63,828 nucleotides of DNA, filler included, from Octopus bimaculoides (GCF_001194135.2; 7 parts of 6 records of this genome joined end to end with filler, not necessarily neighbours in it); one strand, 5' to 3'; positions 23,257-36,289 are shown, counted from the first letter of the whole stretch. The notes: generated from the letters alone by a model not told the origin. Program-made: numbers and translations.

Positions 23257-24489
23257 NNNNNNNNNNNNNNNNNNNNNNNNNNNNNNNNNNNNNNNNNNNN
23301 NNNNNNNNNNNNNNNNNNNNNNNNNNNNNNNNNNNNNTGTGTGTGTGTGTGTGTGTGTACATCATTTATTGTTACATTAAATTAGAAGGTGTTCATGCAA
23401 TAGACGAAGGGTAAATTTTATATGAAACTATGTATATTACATCAAAAATTCACATTTAGGATGATTTTTACAAATCAATGCATATTCTTGTTGCCTTGTT
23501 GCCGCGGTATGTTTCTTCATCTATCGCACCGGGCTGGATATATAGCTGTGAGAACAGCTTTGAGTTGAGAGAAAACTCCACTCTGATTTCACTCTGCCCT
23601 TTTCGCACTAAAAAGAGCTGCATTTGTAGGGCTTGTTAATCCCTAAATACACAATCACGGTCTCTCTCTCTCTCTCTTTCCTCTTCCCCCTCTCTCTCTC
23701 TCTCTCTCTCTTCCCCTTTCTCCCCATCTCTTTTCCCCTCTCACTCTCTCGCTTTCCCTCCCTCACACGCACACACACGTCGCATGTGCGCATGTGAAAA
23801 AGAGTACAAATTGCGACAGCCTTGTCTGGAACGCCTTTCATCATACATCTTGCTCAATTAGATCCAACTAGGAGTACATCAGCAACAAGAACATATTCCA
23901 GATGTTAAAAATGTTTTAATGTTCAGTGAGAGACGCATAATAAAAATTGTGAACAGTTGCTATAATAGTACGATCATTAACGAGACCAGAAGTGGATTGA
24001 TGTAACGGTGTCAACGATGTATTAATAGGGATCACTGAATAATGCTGAAACTGAGATTAATATCAACAGTCAATTCCCTGTGTTTAATGAATATATATTT
24101 AGTATCGCTGTTAAATTACGTAGTTGTGGTTAAACCATGCAACCGTCGGCAGGGACGAAGATCGAACTGACAACTTTCACCTTTCTTTACTTTATTCTTC
24201 CAAACCAACCCTTACATGGACAGTGCGCAGCTAGGACCTTCAGTACTGGATTTCACCATCACTAAAGATTTCTACTATTGAAAGCGTATCCTCAGCATAC
24301 CAATGACTGTATCACAGTGGTTGTCTTCCTCTCTAGGAACAGAATATACTTCAGCCCTTCTTACAACTACTAACCCTCAACAAAGCTCAAATGAGAACAC
24401 ACGTAGGATAGTATGTTGAGGCATCCTAGATTGCATGCCCCAAAAGATCAACCAACTGATTGATATGAGGTACCTCACCAACATACTCC

Positions 24490-24660
24490 AGCATCTGGAC
24501 CACTGTGAAGAGTGCCCTTTCTTGTTGATTGTCTATGCTTTGGTTCTTGAGCCATTATTAAGTAGCTTTCCACTCGAGCAGATACGCAAAAAGATGATGT
24601 CGGTATACACGGATGACATGACTTTCGATGTATGCAACACCGCATATCTTTCCTGCTCAT
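24490..24660 (+). mobile_element. Tx1/L1-clade reverse transcriptase fragment
   Basis: ECPFLLIVYALVLEPLL...MSVYTDDMTF resembles GCPLSPLLYxLxLEPLL...SAYADDVT (RT domains 4-5). Confidence 0.6.
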
Positions 24661-25039
24661 CGGCCAATACACTTCAACCGGTTCAGTGTGGTATACGAAT
24701 CTCATTGTGTCATCAATACCTGGTGGCACCTATCTTCTCTCCAGGTATGGTGGGTCATTTGCTTCTCTGTGATATGTTCGTCGACCTTTGTTGTTGTTGT
24801 TGATGTTGTCGTTGTCGACTTTGTCGCCGTTTATGATGAGCAGAAGACTGCAATGCATATCTAGAGAAAGGTTTAGTTTAACCATGTTTGATGGTGTAGG
24901 ATGGAAAACTTTCTTGTTACACGTAGGGAAATAAAATCCACTTGAAAGCTTTCTCCCCAGAGGAGAAAGTAAAGGCACAAGATGAAAGAGGGCAGTGAAC
25001 AACAGCAAAGGAATTGCAACTATAGAAGCAAACCTCAGA

Positions 25040-25400
25040 GGTTGTTTCTAAAGCAAGGATAAAAGGGTAAAGACCCCCTTCGGTCATGAATGACTATGGA
25101 TGCACCTAGAAAATTACCCCCACAAGGCAGAAGTCTGGGCAAGGTTGTTTTATGGAAGACTAGCAGTTGCCCATGCATACCAACCTCCCCTCTCCTTCCC
25201 ACCAATGTTATCCAAAGAAAAGGCTAAGGCCGATACAGTTTAGCACTAGTAATGACGCAACTCATTTCTACAGCTGAGTGAACTGAAGCAGCGTGAAATA
25301 AAGTGTCTTGCTCAAGAACACAACACAGATTCCGGTCCGGGAATCGAACTTACTACCTCATGATTGAGAGCCCGACGCTCTAACCACTGAGTCATGCGCG
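25040..25400 (-). mobile_element. SINE family C (tRNA-derived head)
   Basis: Reverse complement head gcgcatgactcagtggttagagcg...agttcgattcccggacc carries A and B boxes. Confidence 0.75.
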
Positions 25401-25451
25401 TTGACTTGTTTCTAGAGCACCACCAGACAAAAATTCAAAGATAGTCAACAT

Positions 25452-25769
25452 GAGTGGTTCTCAATAATTTTTTACCTATGGACCCCTTTGATTACTATTT
25501 TATTCCATTGCGACCCCATAGCCATTCCATGTTTAAAAACTAGTTTTATAGATGCTTCTTTCAAAATGGCCGGAAACATGTTAAACTATGTAAAACATTA
25601 GATAAAGAAACAGCTGTTTCTTGCAATAAATACATCTAAAGCAAACTTTTTTTCACGAGCACTTAAAATACTATTGTAGATCACCAATTTTTCTATTTTG
25701 CTTGCGTAAACACCCAAAAATCTTATATGGACCCATAGACTCCATATGGATCCCGATTGAGAACAACTG
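25452..25769. mobile_element. hAT/Charlie-type MITE, 318 bp
   Basis: Imperfect TIRs gAGTGGTTCTCAA / TTGAGAACaACTG, subterminal TATGGACCC motifs; 8-bp flanks gtcaacat/attcacat match 5 of 8. Confidence 0.65.
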
Positions 25770-26062
25770 ATTCACATTAATCGGTGATGAACTAAACAGT
25801 GTACTGATTACAAAGGACTGCCAAGCCCTGCTTAATGAGAGACATTTAATAAAAACTACGTTTGCGTCCACGAACAATTGGCGATGGTTACAACCAAGAA
25901 ATTGGGCTTTCTATTGGCTGGCAAGAGATAAAAATAATCATAGGAATATTTGAAGAGCCCAGTTTGCAAAACTTGATTCAATCTCGGTAATACATATAAA
26001 TAAATACACACGCACACACACGCATGCACACACACGCGCACACACACACATACATACATACA

Positions 26063-26406
26063 TTGTTGGCACTCCGTCGCTTACGACGACGAGGGTTCCA
26101 GTTGATCCGATCAACGGAACAGCCTGCTCGTGAAATTAACGTGCAAGTGGCTGAACACTCCACAGACACGTGTACTCGGGGATATTCAGCGTGACACAGA
26201 GTGTGACAAGGCTGACCCTTTGAATTACAGGCACAACAGAAACAGGAAGAAAGAGTGAGAGAAGGTTGTGGTGAAATAATACAGCAGGGTTCGCCACCAT
26301 CCCCTGCTGGAGCCACGTGGAGCTTTAGGTGTTTTCGCTCAATAAACACTCACAACGCCCGGTCTGGGAATCGAAACCGCGATCCTATGACCGCAAGTCC
26401 ACTGCA
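26063..26406 (-). mobile_element. SINE family D (tRNA-derived head)
   Basis: Reverse complement head gcagtggacttgcggtcataggatcgcggtttcgattcccagacc with B box; (TACA)n flank. Confidence 0.7.
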
Positions 26407-26573
26407 CACATACATACATACATACATACATACATACATACATACATACATGCACACACACACACAAGTAACACAAATATAGACAGCCAGCTCACTCTGG
26501 TAGTGTGATGTCACCTAGAATATAACCGGATCCAAAACTACATAGTTAGGAAGATTGCATGTGCGTGTGTATG

Positions 26574-26606
<33 letters not shown>

Positions 26607-26644
26607 CTGTCTGTCTACACACGCATAAACGTTCATACATGTTG

Positions 26645-26721
<77 letters not shown>

Positions 26722-26729
<8 letters not shown>

Positions 26730-27515
26730 ACATTAAAAAATACAAATGGGACAAGAACGCAAAACATTCAGACAGTTAGGTGATACAAGAAAGGGACAAC
26801 AAAACATCAAGATAGACGATACAAAGAAAACAAGGACGGGTCATTCGGAGTTTTCTTTCCTCAGTCGAGTTCCAGATTATCTTCGCAATTTCAGCTAGTT
26901 ATACTCGAGATTGCTCCAATCTGGCCAGCCCCAAGGAAAATTTAAGCTAAGAGCATTAGATTCCTTGGAAGAAAGCAGCGAATGTATACGAAAACAAGGA
27001 CGGAAAAAATGGAGAAGGTTACACAAATACAAATAACAGGACATAACAACAGGTGTCTTTCGACTAAGGACGAATTAAATTAAGCTGGCGTGCGTGGAAG
27101 TAAAGCCTTACGGCAGGAATACAGGACTTCACAGGCACAGGGAAGAATATAGATGTTGCATGGGTGGTAGTCGAACCAAGAAAGAAAGATCAGGCTTGGC
27201 CGAACACCGGTCACGTGGAGGAGAGAAGAGAGAGAGGTAGAGGTAGAGGGACAAAAGAAATAAGGAGAGGCGAGAAAATATGACAGGGACACAGTGAAGT
27301 GTAAAGAAGAGAGAAAGTGAGCATGAAGAGAAGGCAATGAAATGTGAGAGAGGAGGAACGAAAGAACGAAGAGTGGAATGAATGAAGTAAGCGTGAAAGG
27401 GCTGATAGAAAGAATGAAAGAATAAAAGAATAGAGTCGTACAAGATTTAGATAAATATTTACTTACATTTAAGAGACCAAAGTGTACGTACGCCGCTATA
27501 TATATACGCTGAAGC
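26722..27515 (-). mobile_element. Unclassified interspersed repeat, possibly a PLE terminal repeat, truncating Helitron 2
   Basis: Sharp transition from Helitron helicase sequence near 27515, pyrimidine-rich minus strand, ends in (TG)n. Class is inference. Confidence 0.3.
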
Positions 27516-29475
27516 ATCTCTAGGTAGAATGTGGAGGAGTTCATGGTTTATTTTATCAATGCTTTCATTCCGAGGTGCTAAAATAGCTTTCTCTGCGAAC
27601 CAAGCTATGTGTTTGAAGTTATCTTATAATGTGGGAAATATCTTTTCTTTAAGCTCGGCCAATTTAGACATCATGTGCCCATATTGCATTACATGCTGCT
27701 GCAGGGTGTTATTCAACGGTAAGGCGCCATTTCCAATTTGTAGAAGTTGATGAGAGAATTCCTCATTGTAGAGATGAGCTCGCATATTCTTCTTTATGTA
27801 TAGGCGAAGATTTCAAATATGCATAGATCTCGTCGTCAACTCGTGTACCCCTTGGTATGATTGGTAATATTTGAAGGAAATCCCCTGCAAGGACAACAGT
27901 TCAGCCCCCCCCCCCCNNNNNNNNNNNNNNNNNNNNNNNNNNNNNNNNNNNNNNNNNNNNNNCCCCCCAATATTGACAGTATTGTTTCTAATACCCCTTA
28001 GTGACCTATCTAGGGCTTCTAGTGCACCACGGTGTGCCATCGTGCATTCATCCCAGACAACAAATGTAGTTTGCAGCAGAACTTCCACCGTCGGTGATCG
28101 GTTTGAAATATTGCACATTTGGGCATCCGTTGAAGTTAAATTGAAATGCAATTTGAACGTTGAGTGAGCTGTTCGTCCACCGGCTAACAAAGTTGCCGCT
28201 ATCTCTAATGATGCGACTGCAATCGCTGTTTCCCATCTGCCTTATTTTTGCCAGAAGTAAATTAAGTAGAAATGTTTACCCCATCCCTCCTGGTGCACCA
28301 ATAAAGAAAAGACGTCCTTCTTGCAAGGTAGACACTACTATTTTATTGAAAACAGACCTTTGTTCAGCTTGCAATAATGGTTCACTTTCATCAAGTTGCC
28401 TTTTCAGGGCATCCAGATCGTATGCTCTTTCTCGAGCGACTTCCCTTGAAAGGCCGTGATGTTCAGCTGAAGGTGTTGGAATACCATAGTCGGATAAGCT
28501 TTTGCCCCCTATGGAATTAAGCATGTCTTTTAAATGCCGTTATGCTTCAGTGTAGATAACTTGGCACATGCAACCGTCGAGTTTCATGAAGGATGTCTTC
28601 AGATAGGCTGTCTTTGTGGTTTTCCCGAAGGTGTAGTGGATTCGGTAAATCGCAATGGTACAACATGATGGCGAAGAATTTTCTTAATTGGTAAGCTGTG
28701 CATGCGGTTGCTGTGTCAGAAAGAGCTAAACTCCAGTAACCGCCATCTTCGAGAAAATGTTTCGCAAATCAAGTAGTTTACTATTTTAAGGTCTTTGAAT
28801 GACGTTGGTCCAGGAACTTTGTGGAGGAGCATCCGGAGACAGTAGCATTCGATCTAGAGCATTACTTTTTTATGTGTGGATGCCCTTCGACGATTACACC
28901 AAGCTTTCTCCTCTTCCACTTCTTAACTTGGTTATTCCAGGTGTAATACTTCGGTACGTCTGGGTAGAGGATGGTCGCGGCGAATGCGTCACATCTACAC
29001 AGGTCAAAGAATGCTGTGAGAGTCGTTGCCTGTGACACAAATATTTGTCTTCTAACTTTTTCGGGATTCAGTGGATAAAAATAAAGTCTTTTGCTATTTT
29101 CTAAATGAAAAGAGAGGTGGACGACTGTGTGATATCTGCCACGGATGGGGAAATGAAGGAGTCTCCAAGCAGCTTCATTACTGTTTACATAATGGTCCAT
29201 TAGATATTGGTGTACCTCATTGGTCCTACCAGCATCTGAAAGGCCAACGACAGCCATGTCGGACCCTTTGTTTATATATTTGCATACATACTTGATGGAG
29301 TGGACAGAATTGCCCTGCAAGTGGATGTAAGATTCAGCATGAAGTTTTGTTGGCTATTTTTTATCTAAAGAAGGCGCTCACTCTCCACTTTAGCGTACAT
29401 GTCTGCCATAAACTACTGGGAAAGGTCACGACATTGGAGTAAGTGGCTGGCCGGCTCACGAACCATGATCATGAA
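27515..29475 (-). pseudogene. Second Helitron Rep/PIF1 helicase remnant, internally deleted and 3'-truncated
   Basis: MADMYAKVESERLL...YIHLQ (Helitron-like N region) fused to SIKYVCKYINKGSD; HLENSKRLYF; FIGAPGG; GGRTAHSTFKL; WDECTMAHRGALEALDRSL; LLQIGNG; AILAPRN. Confidence 0.92.
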
Positions 29476-30161
29476 GGAACATTTAAGATGGAAGACACAG
29501 CAATTTGAAGTTGTGCATTGTATAATTTCATTTTTTAGTAACGAATGAAGAGATGTGGAAAAATTCATGTCAATTTGTGTATCGTTATACCGTTATTATG
29601 AGAAGAAGCGGTAAACTCTCAATGATTTGGCTGTTCTGTGTTGATAAGCGTAATCCATTCTGTTAGCTGATATATAGTAGAGTACTGGCGTAATGGAAGT
29701 TATTGTTCGTCTAGAAGTGAAGTGGGGAGGGAACAATTTGCATGAAAGTGATTTATGTTTTTAAGAAGGATCACAAACTATGTACAGTTTCATCGAATAA
29801 TAAAGAGGTTAATGTGATTTTGCCCAGAAATCACGTTTTCAAAATTATAATTTCCCCCCTTCCCACTGAAACTTCCTAATTTCTAACTGTTTTTCGAATT
29901 TTGTTTTTTATCCACGTGGAAAAATACAGAGATTACGAATCTAGGAAATATGATTTGTTTTTGGAAGTTTAATTTTTTTGAAAGAAATACTGAATGCCCC
30001 TTCCCCCACCTCGATCACCCATCAGCTACCTGCTTTCGGGCGAAATGCAAATCTCTTGTATGGAAAACATAGGAATGTGTGTAAATTGAGAAAAGAAATA
30101 AGGGGTGGGTATGCAAATGTCATCTTGGACATGCTAGAAACAACAGTTGAAGGATATGATT

Positions 30162-30295
30162 TCTGAGATAACTTCCTTGTAAGTTTAAATGGAAGATCAG
30201 GTTTTGAATACGCTCATCACAAACAGGAACGATATCTGAGATAACTTCCTTGTAAGTTTAAATGGAAGATCAGGTTTTGAAATATGCTCATACAG
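30162..30295 (+). repeat. Local tandem duplication, 73-bp period
   Basis: tctgagataacttccttgtaagtttaaatggaagatcaggttttgaa at 30162 and 30235. Confidence 0.9.
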
Positions 30296-30403
30296 GAAAT
30301 ACACAATACAGGAATGATCGAATAGGAAAAGGTAATTTCCATAGGATTTGAGCTGTAATTTAGCGCACAGCAAGAAATATCATAATTCATACAGAACTTT
30401 AAC

Positions 30404-30474
<71 letters not shown>

Positions 30475-31048
30475 CAAAAGAATTTATTTTTGCATACCTT
30501 TCTTAATTCCAAAAGAAGGAAATAAAGTTAGTAAAGTTGTAACATGTTGACAGCACAAGGTCTCCGTACATTATAATGAAAAAGTGAAAGAGAGAGATAA
30601 TGCCTAATTCTATGCAAGCGTGAAACATGGGACGAAAGTGAAAATGACCCAAATATTATGCGATCCGACCTCGTTTCTGGGGTTCTCAGCGTCTCCTTCT
30701 CTCCCGCTTTCCTCCTCTCTTTGTGCCGGCTTTCTTTCACCTTCACCTATAGAACATACATACAGTATCAAATTTCTGTCGGCTTTCTTTCACTTTCAAC
30801 TATAGAACATACATAAGATATGAAACATCAGCGTCTCTCTCTCACCTGCTGTCCGTGTCTTTCAACTTCGCCTATAGAAACTTGTTTTCTGTTTCTGTTT
30901 CTTTCTCTTGTCTCTCTGTCTTTTTCTCATTCTGTGTTTTTCTTGCTCATTCCGTAAAAATTTATTTCTTTATGCTTTGAAGAGAGCAGAAATTGAAAGA
31001 TGTATGTACTTGTATATGAAATGGACGTGTGTGTGTGTGTGTGCGTGC

Positions 31049-31086
<38 letters not shown>

Positions 31087-32099
31087 GTGAGTGAGTGAGT
31101 GAGTGAGTGAGTGAATGAAGGTGTATGTCGTGATGATGGATGTCTTTTAAAGTACACACTCATACAGAAAATGTGACGTCGTCGTCGTCGTCGTATAAAA
31201 TGTTTACGATAGTTGAACTTATGGAAAAGATTATAATGTTAAATTTTTGTAATGCAAATATGTGAATGAAAATAAAGTTTAGTTGGCAGCCGAAATAGCA
31301 CTGAATCTTTTGATAACCCATACGTCAAAATCGGCAACTCGGTTTTGGAATGCATAAGGAACATACGCACACACACATACATACAAACTCTCTTTTAAAG
31401 ATATATATATATATAGTATAGATATAGATAAGTATATGTCTATAAGTATATGTATGTATATATGTATATGTATATAGATAGATATTATAGATATANNNNN
31501 NNNNNNNNNNNNNNNNNNNNNNNNNNNNNNNNNNNNNNNNNNNNNNNNNNNNNNNNNNNNNNNNNNNNNNNNNNNNNNNNNNNNNNNNNNNNNNNNNNNN
31601 NNNNNNNNNNNNNNNNNNNNNNNNNNNNNNNNNNNNNNNNNNNNNNNNNNNNNNNNNNNNNNNNNNNNNNNNNNNNNNNNNNNNNNNNNNNNNNNNNNNN
31701 NNNNNNNNNNNNNNNNNNNNNNNNNNNNNNNNNNNNNNNNNNNNNNNNNNNNNNNNNNNNNNNNNNNNNNNNNNNNNNNNNNNNNNNNNNNNNNNNNNNN
31801 NNNNNNNNNNNNNNNNNNNNNNNNNNNNNNNNNNNNNNNNNNNNNNNNNNNNNNNNNNNNNNNNNNNNNNNNNNNNNNNNNNNNNNNNNNNNNNNNNNNN
31901 NNNNNNNNNNNNNNNNNNNNNNNNNNNNNNNNNNNNNNNNNNNNNNNNNNNNNNNNNNNNNNNNNNNNNNNNNNNNNNNNNNNNNNNNNNNNNNNNNNNN
32001 NNNNNNNNNNNNNNNNNNNNNNNNNNNNNNNNNNNNNNNNNNNNNNNNNNNNNNNNNNNNNNNNNNNNNNNNNNNNNNNNNNNNNNNGATATTCGTCGC

Positions 32100-32700
32100 T
32101 GGCTGAGAACTCTTGTCTGTTTATTTACCGTGGTGAAGCTGAGTCACCTAACAGAATCGAAGAGAGAGATGTGTGCCGCGGTGGTTTGGTTTGGTGTACA
32201 TATAAAGTCGTGTAGACGCTGGTGGGGATTGAGGCTGCTTGGTAGTAATCGTGTTGGTCATGGCGATGGTGCTGGTTAGTAGTCGTAGACTCATGTTGCT
32301 GATGCGGCGACGGCGGTGGTCATCGTTGGCTGGACGAAGCTGCTGAAGTGGTCGCTGGCTGCTGCTGCTGCTGCTGTCGTGTAGTACACGGAACAGTCTC
32401 TAAGAGAAACTGGACCGAGACAAATTGTTGGGTATGAGTTGATCTATTTAAGGCGTTAAGGGGGCTCCAAGACGGTAGTAGGAAAACACTATCACGTGAC
32501 CATATTAAGGGCTGTGATTGGTCAGTTTGCATTCTGGCGGGAACGGTTAGAAGAAGTTGCCGATTCGAATAATGATCAGTCACGTGATGACAAGGTTGAT
32601 GTTTTCCGCTACGTCCGCGTTTGTTTATATTTAAATGAGAAGAATGGCGATAGCAGTCTTGTATCTAATGGCGGTAGGTAGTTTTGTATGTAATGGCTAT
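32100..32700 (-). promoter_or_regulatory. Candidate Pol II promoter and 5' non-coding exon
   Basis: Locally CpG-rich unique DNA; ATCACGTGAC 32491-32500, GTCACGTGAT 32579-32588, CCAAT (minus) 32517-32521, TGGCGGGA 32535-32542, TTAAATA (minus) 32445-32451, possible donor cg|gtaaat at 32129/32128. Confidence 0.35.
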
Positions 32701-34786
32701 CGAGGTGTTAGTTTCACTACACTAGCCTCGCACCAGTCGGTCTGTCGAAGACAAACAGACGAAATAAAAAAGATGTTGTGAAAAAGACTGATAGAACGGT
32801 TGGTCTATTACTGGCATTTAGTCACCATTTTTGGAAAAGTTATGTGAACTTTTCACGTTGGGCTGTACAGATCAGAAGGGCTGTATGAACGAATCAACGT
32901 CAGGGGTCACCAATTGTAAGGAACGACCGTGCGAACTCAAAAAGGGAGAAATGGTGACGAATGGAAAAACAGAGGACTCCTTTTATTTAAACGTGTCACA
33001 CGGTCGAACACAAAATAATATATCAAATGATGATATACATGATATATTATACGACGATAACATTGATGACCAGTAATGAAAGACCACAACCATATTAGAT
33101 GAATAACAGAGATATTTATTGTAGCGTTAGAATGTATGTCTGTGTGTGAGTGTGAATGCGACATATANNNNNNNNNNNNNNNNNNNNNNNNNNNNNNNNN
33201 NNNNNNNNNNNNNNNNNNNNNNNNNNNNNNNNNNNNNNNNNNNNNNNNNNNNNNNNNNNNNNNNNNNNNNNNNNNNNNNNNNNNNNNNNNNNNNNNNNNN
33301 NNNNNNNNNNNNNNNNNNNNNNNNNNNNNNNNNNNNNNNNNNNNNNNNNNNNNNNNNNNNNNNNNNNNNNNNNNNNNNNNNNNNNNNNNNNNNNNNNNNN
33401 NNNNNNNNNNNNNNNNNNNNNNNNNNNNNNNNNNNNNNNNNNNNNNNNNNNNNNNNNNNNNNNNNNNNNNNNNNNNNNNNNNNNNNNNNNNNNNNNNNNN
33501 NNNNNNNNNNNNNNNNNNNNNNNNNNNNNNNNNNNNNNNNNNNNNNNNNNNNNNNNNNNNNNNNNNNNNNNNNNNNNNNNNNNNNNNNNNNNNNNNNNNN
33601 NNNNNNNNNNNNNNNNNNNNNNNNNNNNNNNNNNNNNNNNNNNNNNNNNNNNNNNNNNNNNNNNNNNNNNNNNNNNNNNNNNNNNNNNNNNNNNNNNNNN
33701 NNNNNNNNNNNNNNNNNNNNNNNNNNNNNNNNNNNNNNNNNNNNNNNNNNNNNNNNNNNNNNNNNNNNNNNNNNNNNNNNNNNNNNNNNNNNNNNNNNNN
33801 NNNNNNNNNNNNNNNNNNNNNNNNNNNNNNNNNNNNNNNNNNNNNNNNNNNNNNNNNNNNNNNNNNNNNNNNNNNNNNNNNNNNNNNNNNNNNNNNNNNN
33901 NNNNNNNNNNNNNNNNNNNNNNNNNNNNNNNNNNNNNNNNNNNNNNNNNNNNNNNNNNNNNNNNNNNNNNNNNNNNNNNNNNNNNNNNNNNNNNNNNNNN
34001 NNNNNNNNNNNNNNNNNNNNNNNNNNNNNNNNNNNNNNNNNNNNNNNNNNNNNNNNNNNAGTTAACAAAGTTTGCTTTAGAAGTGTTGAGATGTATTGAA
34101 AGATACAGATAAGGAAATAATTTTATTCTCAAACGCAGGATAATGCTAATAATATAGCATGAACAATATAAATTATCTATATTTTGCAGAAAAATATATA
34201 CCGCTGTTCCTATGTTTACATTATACTCGTTTGCAGTTTCACTTCAACGCGACTTTGGTTTTGATTAACTTTCTTTCTCATTTAAGTACTCTGAAACACC
34301 GTTAACCATTTCCGTTTCTTTTCTTTTATTTTTATTTCACTTCTTGTATAGTGAGAGGTACAATCCACTCTAAGCTAACACTTACGTCAGAATAATTTTT
34401 CTATATACGTTTTATTAAATGTTTTCAAGACTGAATAAACAAATGTTTCAAATGTCAAGAAAGTCGATTACTCTGGAAATGGATAGTTAATGTACTAAAT
34501 CAACTTGAAAAGTAAATAGTTCAACAGAAACTAGGAAATACTTAAACATACACGGAACAACTGTTTGAAAAATTAACAGAAACGAAATAAAAATCAAGCC
34601 CAGTACCATCGCAGGATCATCGACAAATTCAAAACACACAATACGTGATTAGTAACACAAAGGAAACCATAGGAATAGTTCTGTTATTTTGCACAGAAGG
34701 CAAACCCCAATATTACGACAGTACCTACATATACTGCAATGTAACTTCACGTGTTCCATTTGTGATTTCTTCCTCTTCTCTTTCTC

Positions 34787-34821
34787 CTTGTCGACGAACA
34801 GCTATGCTCGAAACGTTCAAC
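34787..34821 (+). ncRNA. Minimal hammerhead-like remnant (PLE type)
   Basis: tcGACGA-ac-agc-tat-gct-c-GAAACGTT; palindromic ACGT stem III, core lacks one T. Confidence 0.4.
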
Positions 34822-35045
34822 ATATATATATACATAGATATATATGCACATACACATAGATATATATATTATATACACATATATGTATACATATATATAT
34901 GCATATATATACATATGTATACACATATATATACACATACATAGATATATACACATACATATACACATATACACATACATATATACATATATATACATAC
35001 ATATATACATATATACATTTATTTATTTATTTATTTATTTATGTG

Positions 35046-35085
35046 TTTCAGCCAAGTGGCTGCGGTCATGCTGGTGCACCACCGT
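35046..35085 (-). mobile_element. SINE/LINE 3' tail variant related to family A
   Basis: Reverse complement ggtgcaccagcatgaccgcagccacttggctgaaa. Confidence 0.65.
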
Positions 35086-35192
35086 GATTTTCACGTTCCT
35101 TGCATGGCTCTTCTCCCCCACCTGACATGGTCCAATCAAGAGTTTTGATGGCACATCTGGTGTATAAGAGAATTTGACACAGCAGCCCTAAA

Positions 35193-35292
35193 NNNNNNNN
35201 NNNNNNNNNNNNNNNNNNNNNNNNNNNNNNNNNNNNTTAATTAATTAANNNNNNNNNNNNNNNNNNNNNNNNNNNNNNNNNNNNNNNNNNNN
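35193..35292. other. Artificial scaffold spacer 44N-TTAATTAATTAA-44N
   Basis: 12-mer at 35237-35248. Confidence 0.95.
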
Positions 35293-36289
35293 ATATATAT
35301 ATATATATATATATACATGCACACGCATATACACATTATATATACGTACATGTATTATATATATATATATAGGCAGAGACTGGTACACATACATTCATCC
35401 ATCCATCCATACATACATACACACAAACATATATAGACGCATATAAGTACATATACAAATACATGCATGTGAGTCTTCGCGTATATGTGCATTCATGGCT
35501 AATCCATCTATCTCTTTACCTTCATATCCACCACCCATAACGCAGTAAATTTAAATGAACAAACTCTGAATCATGTATTGGGAGCTTTTTTCTTTTATTC
35601 GTTAATCCAAAATCTCATAAGTCTGTCGGGAATTTTAGGCCTTTGATTATGACTCTGCAATAAAATTCATCGTTTACAAGAACTTTTAAGCATGTAGTTC
35701 ATCTTTGTTTAGAAAAATTTGATTATGACAAAATATAAAAGAATCGACAGTCTTCGGTGTGTCATGAAAAGTACATAAGTTAAATGTGCTCATCTCAGAA
35801 TGTCTGAATATGACAACCTGCAAATATTATAGCTTTATTCCATAAATGCCAGAAACACCAGTTTATTATACACTTAATGATAAGCAGCAATAATTGTAAT
35901 TAGCTAATAAGGAATTTTTCTGGTAATTTTATCAATTAATATAGTAAGTGGTTTAGAACATTAGTTGAACTTTAAGATATCTTTGAGACGCTTGTGTTTG
36001 CTGAAAGATTTTACTGTTGTTATTCATGTAGCATTAAGTGTTAACAATATTTTCAAACTAACACAAAGCTTTTAGAAATATTTCAAAACAAACTGTGGCC
36101 AGAATACTAAATACTTCAATTCAAGATATCTTCAATTTGGTTTAAGTATTGACAGTAAATGTTGTATTTCTGTTGTAACTTCATTTTTAAGATTAGTTGG
36201 AAATTGGTGAGCTAACCGTTTCGGTTTCTTTCTCTCTCACTTTCAGACACTGCAAGACATTTCTACAAGGAATCAAAAGCCAATTAGGC

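Noticed and set aside
25330-25400. tRNA gene call for SINE heads (also 3966, 26340, 50845)
   Set aside because: A/B boxes are present, but no complete cloverleaf is evident and each continues into a repeat body.
26835-26875. Hammerhead-like CTGAGGA...CGAAT on the minus strand
   Set aside because: Stem II is mismatched, GAAA is incomplete and there is no stem I; too weak.
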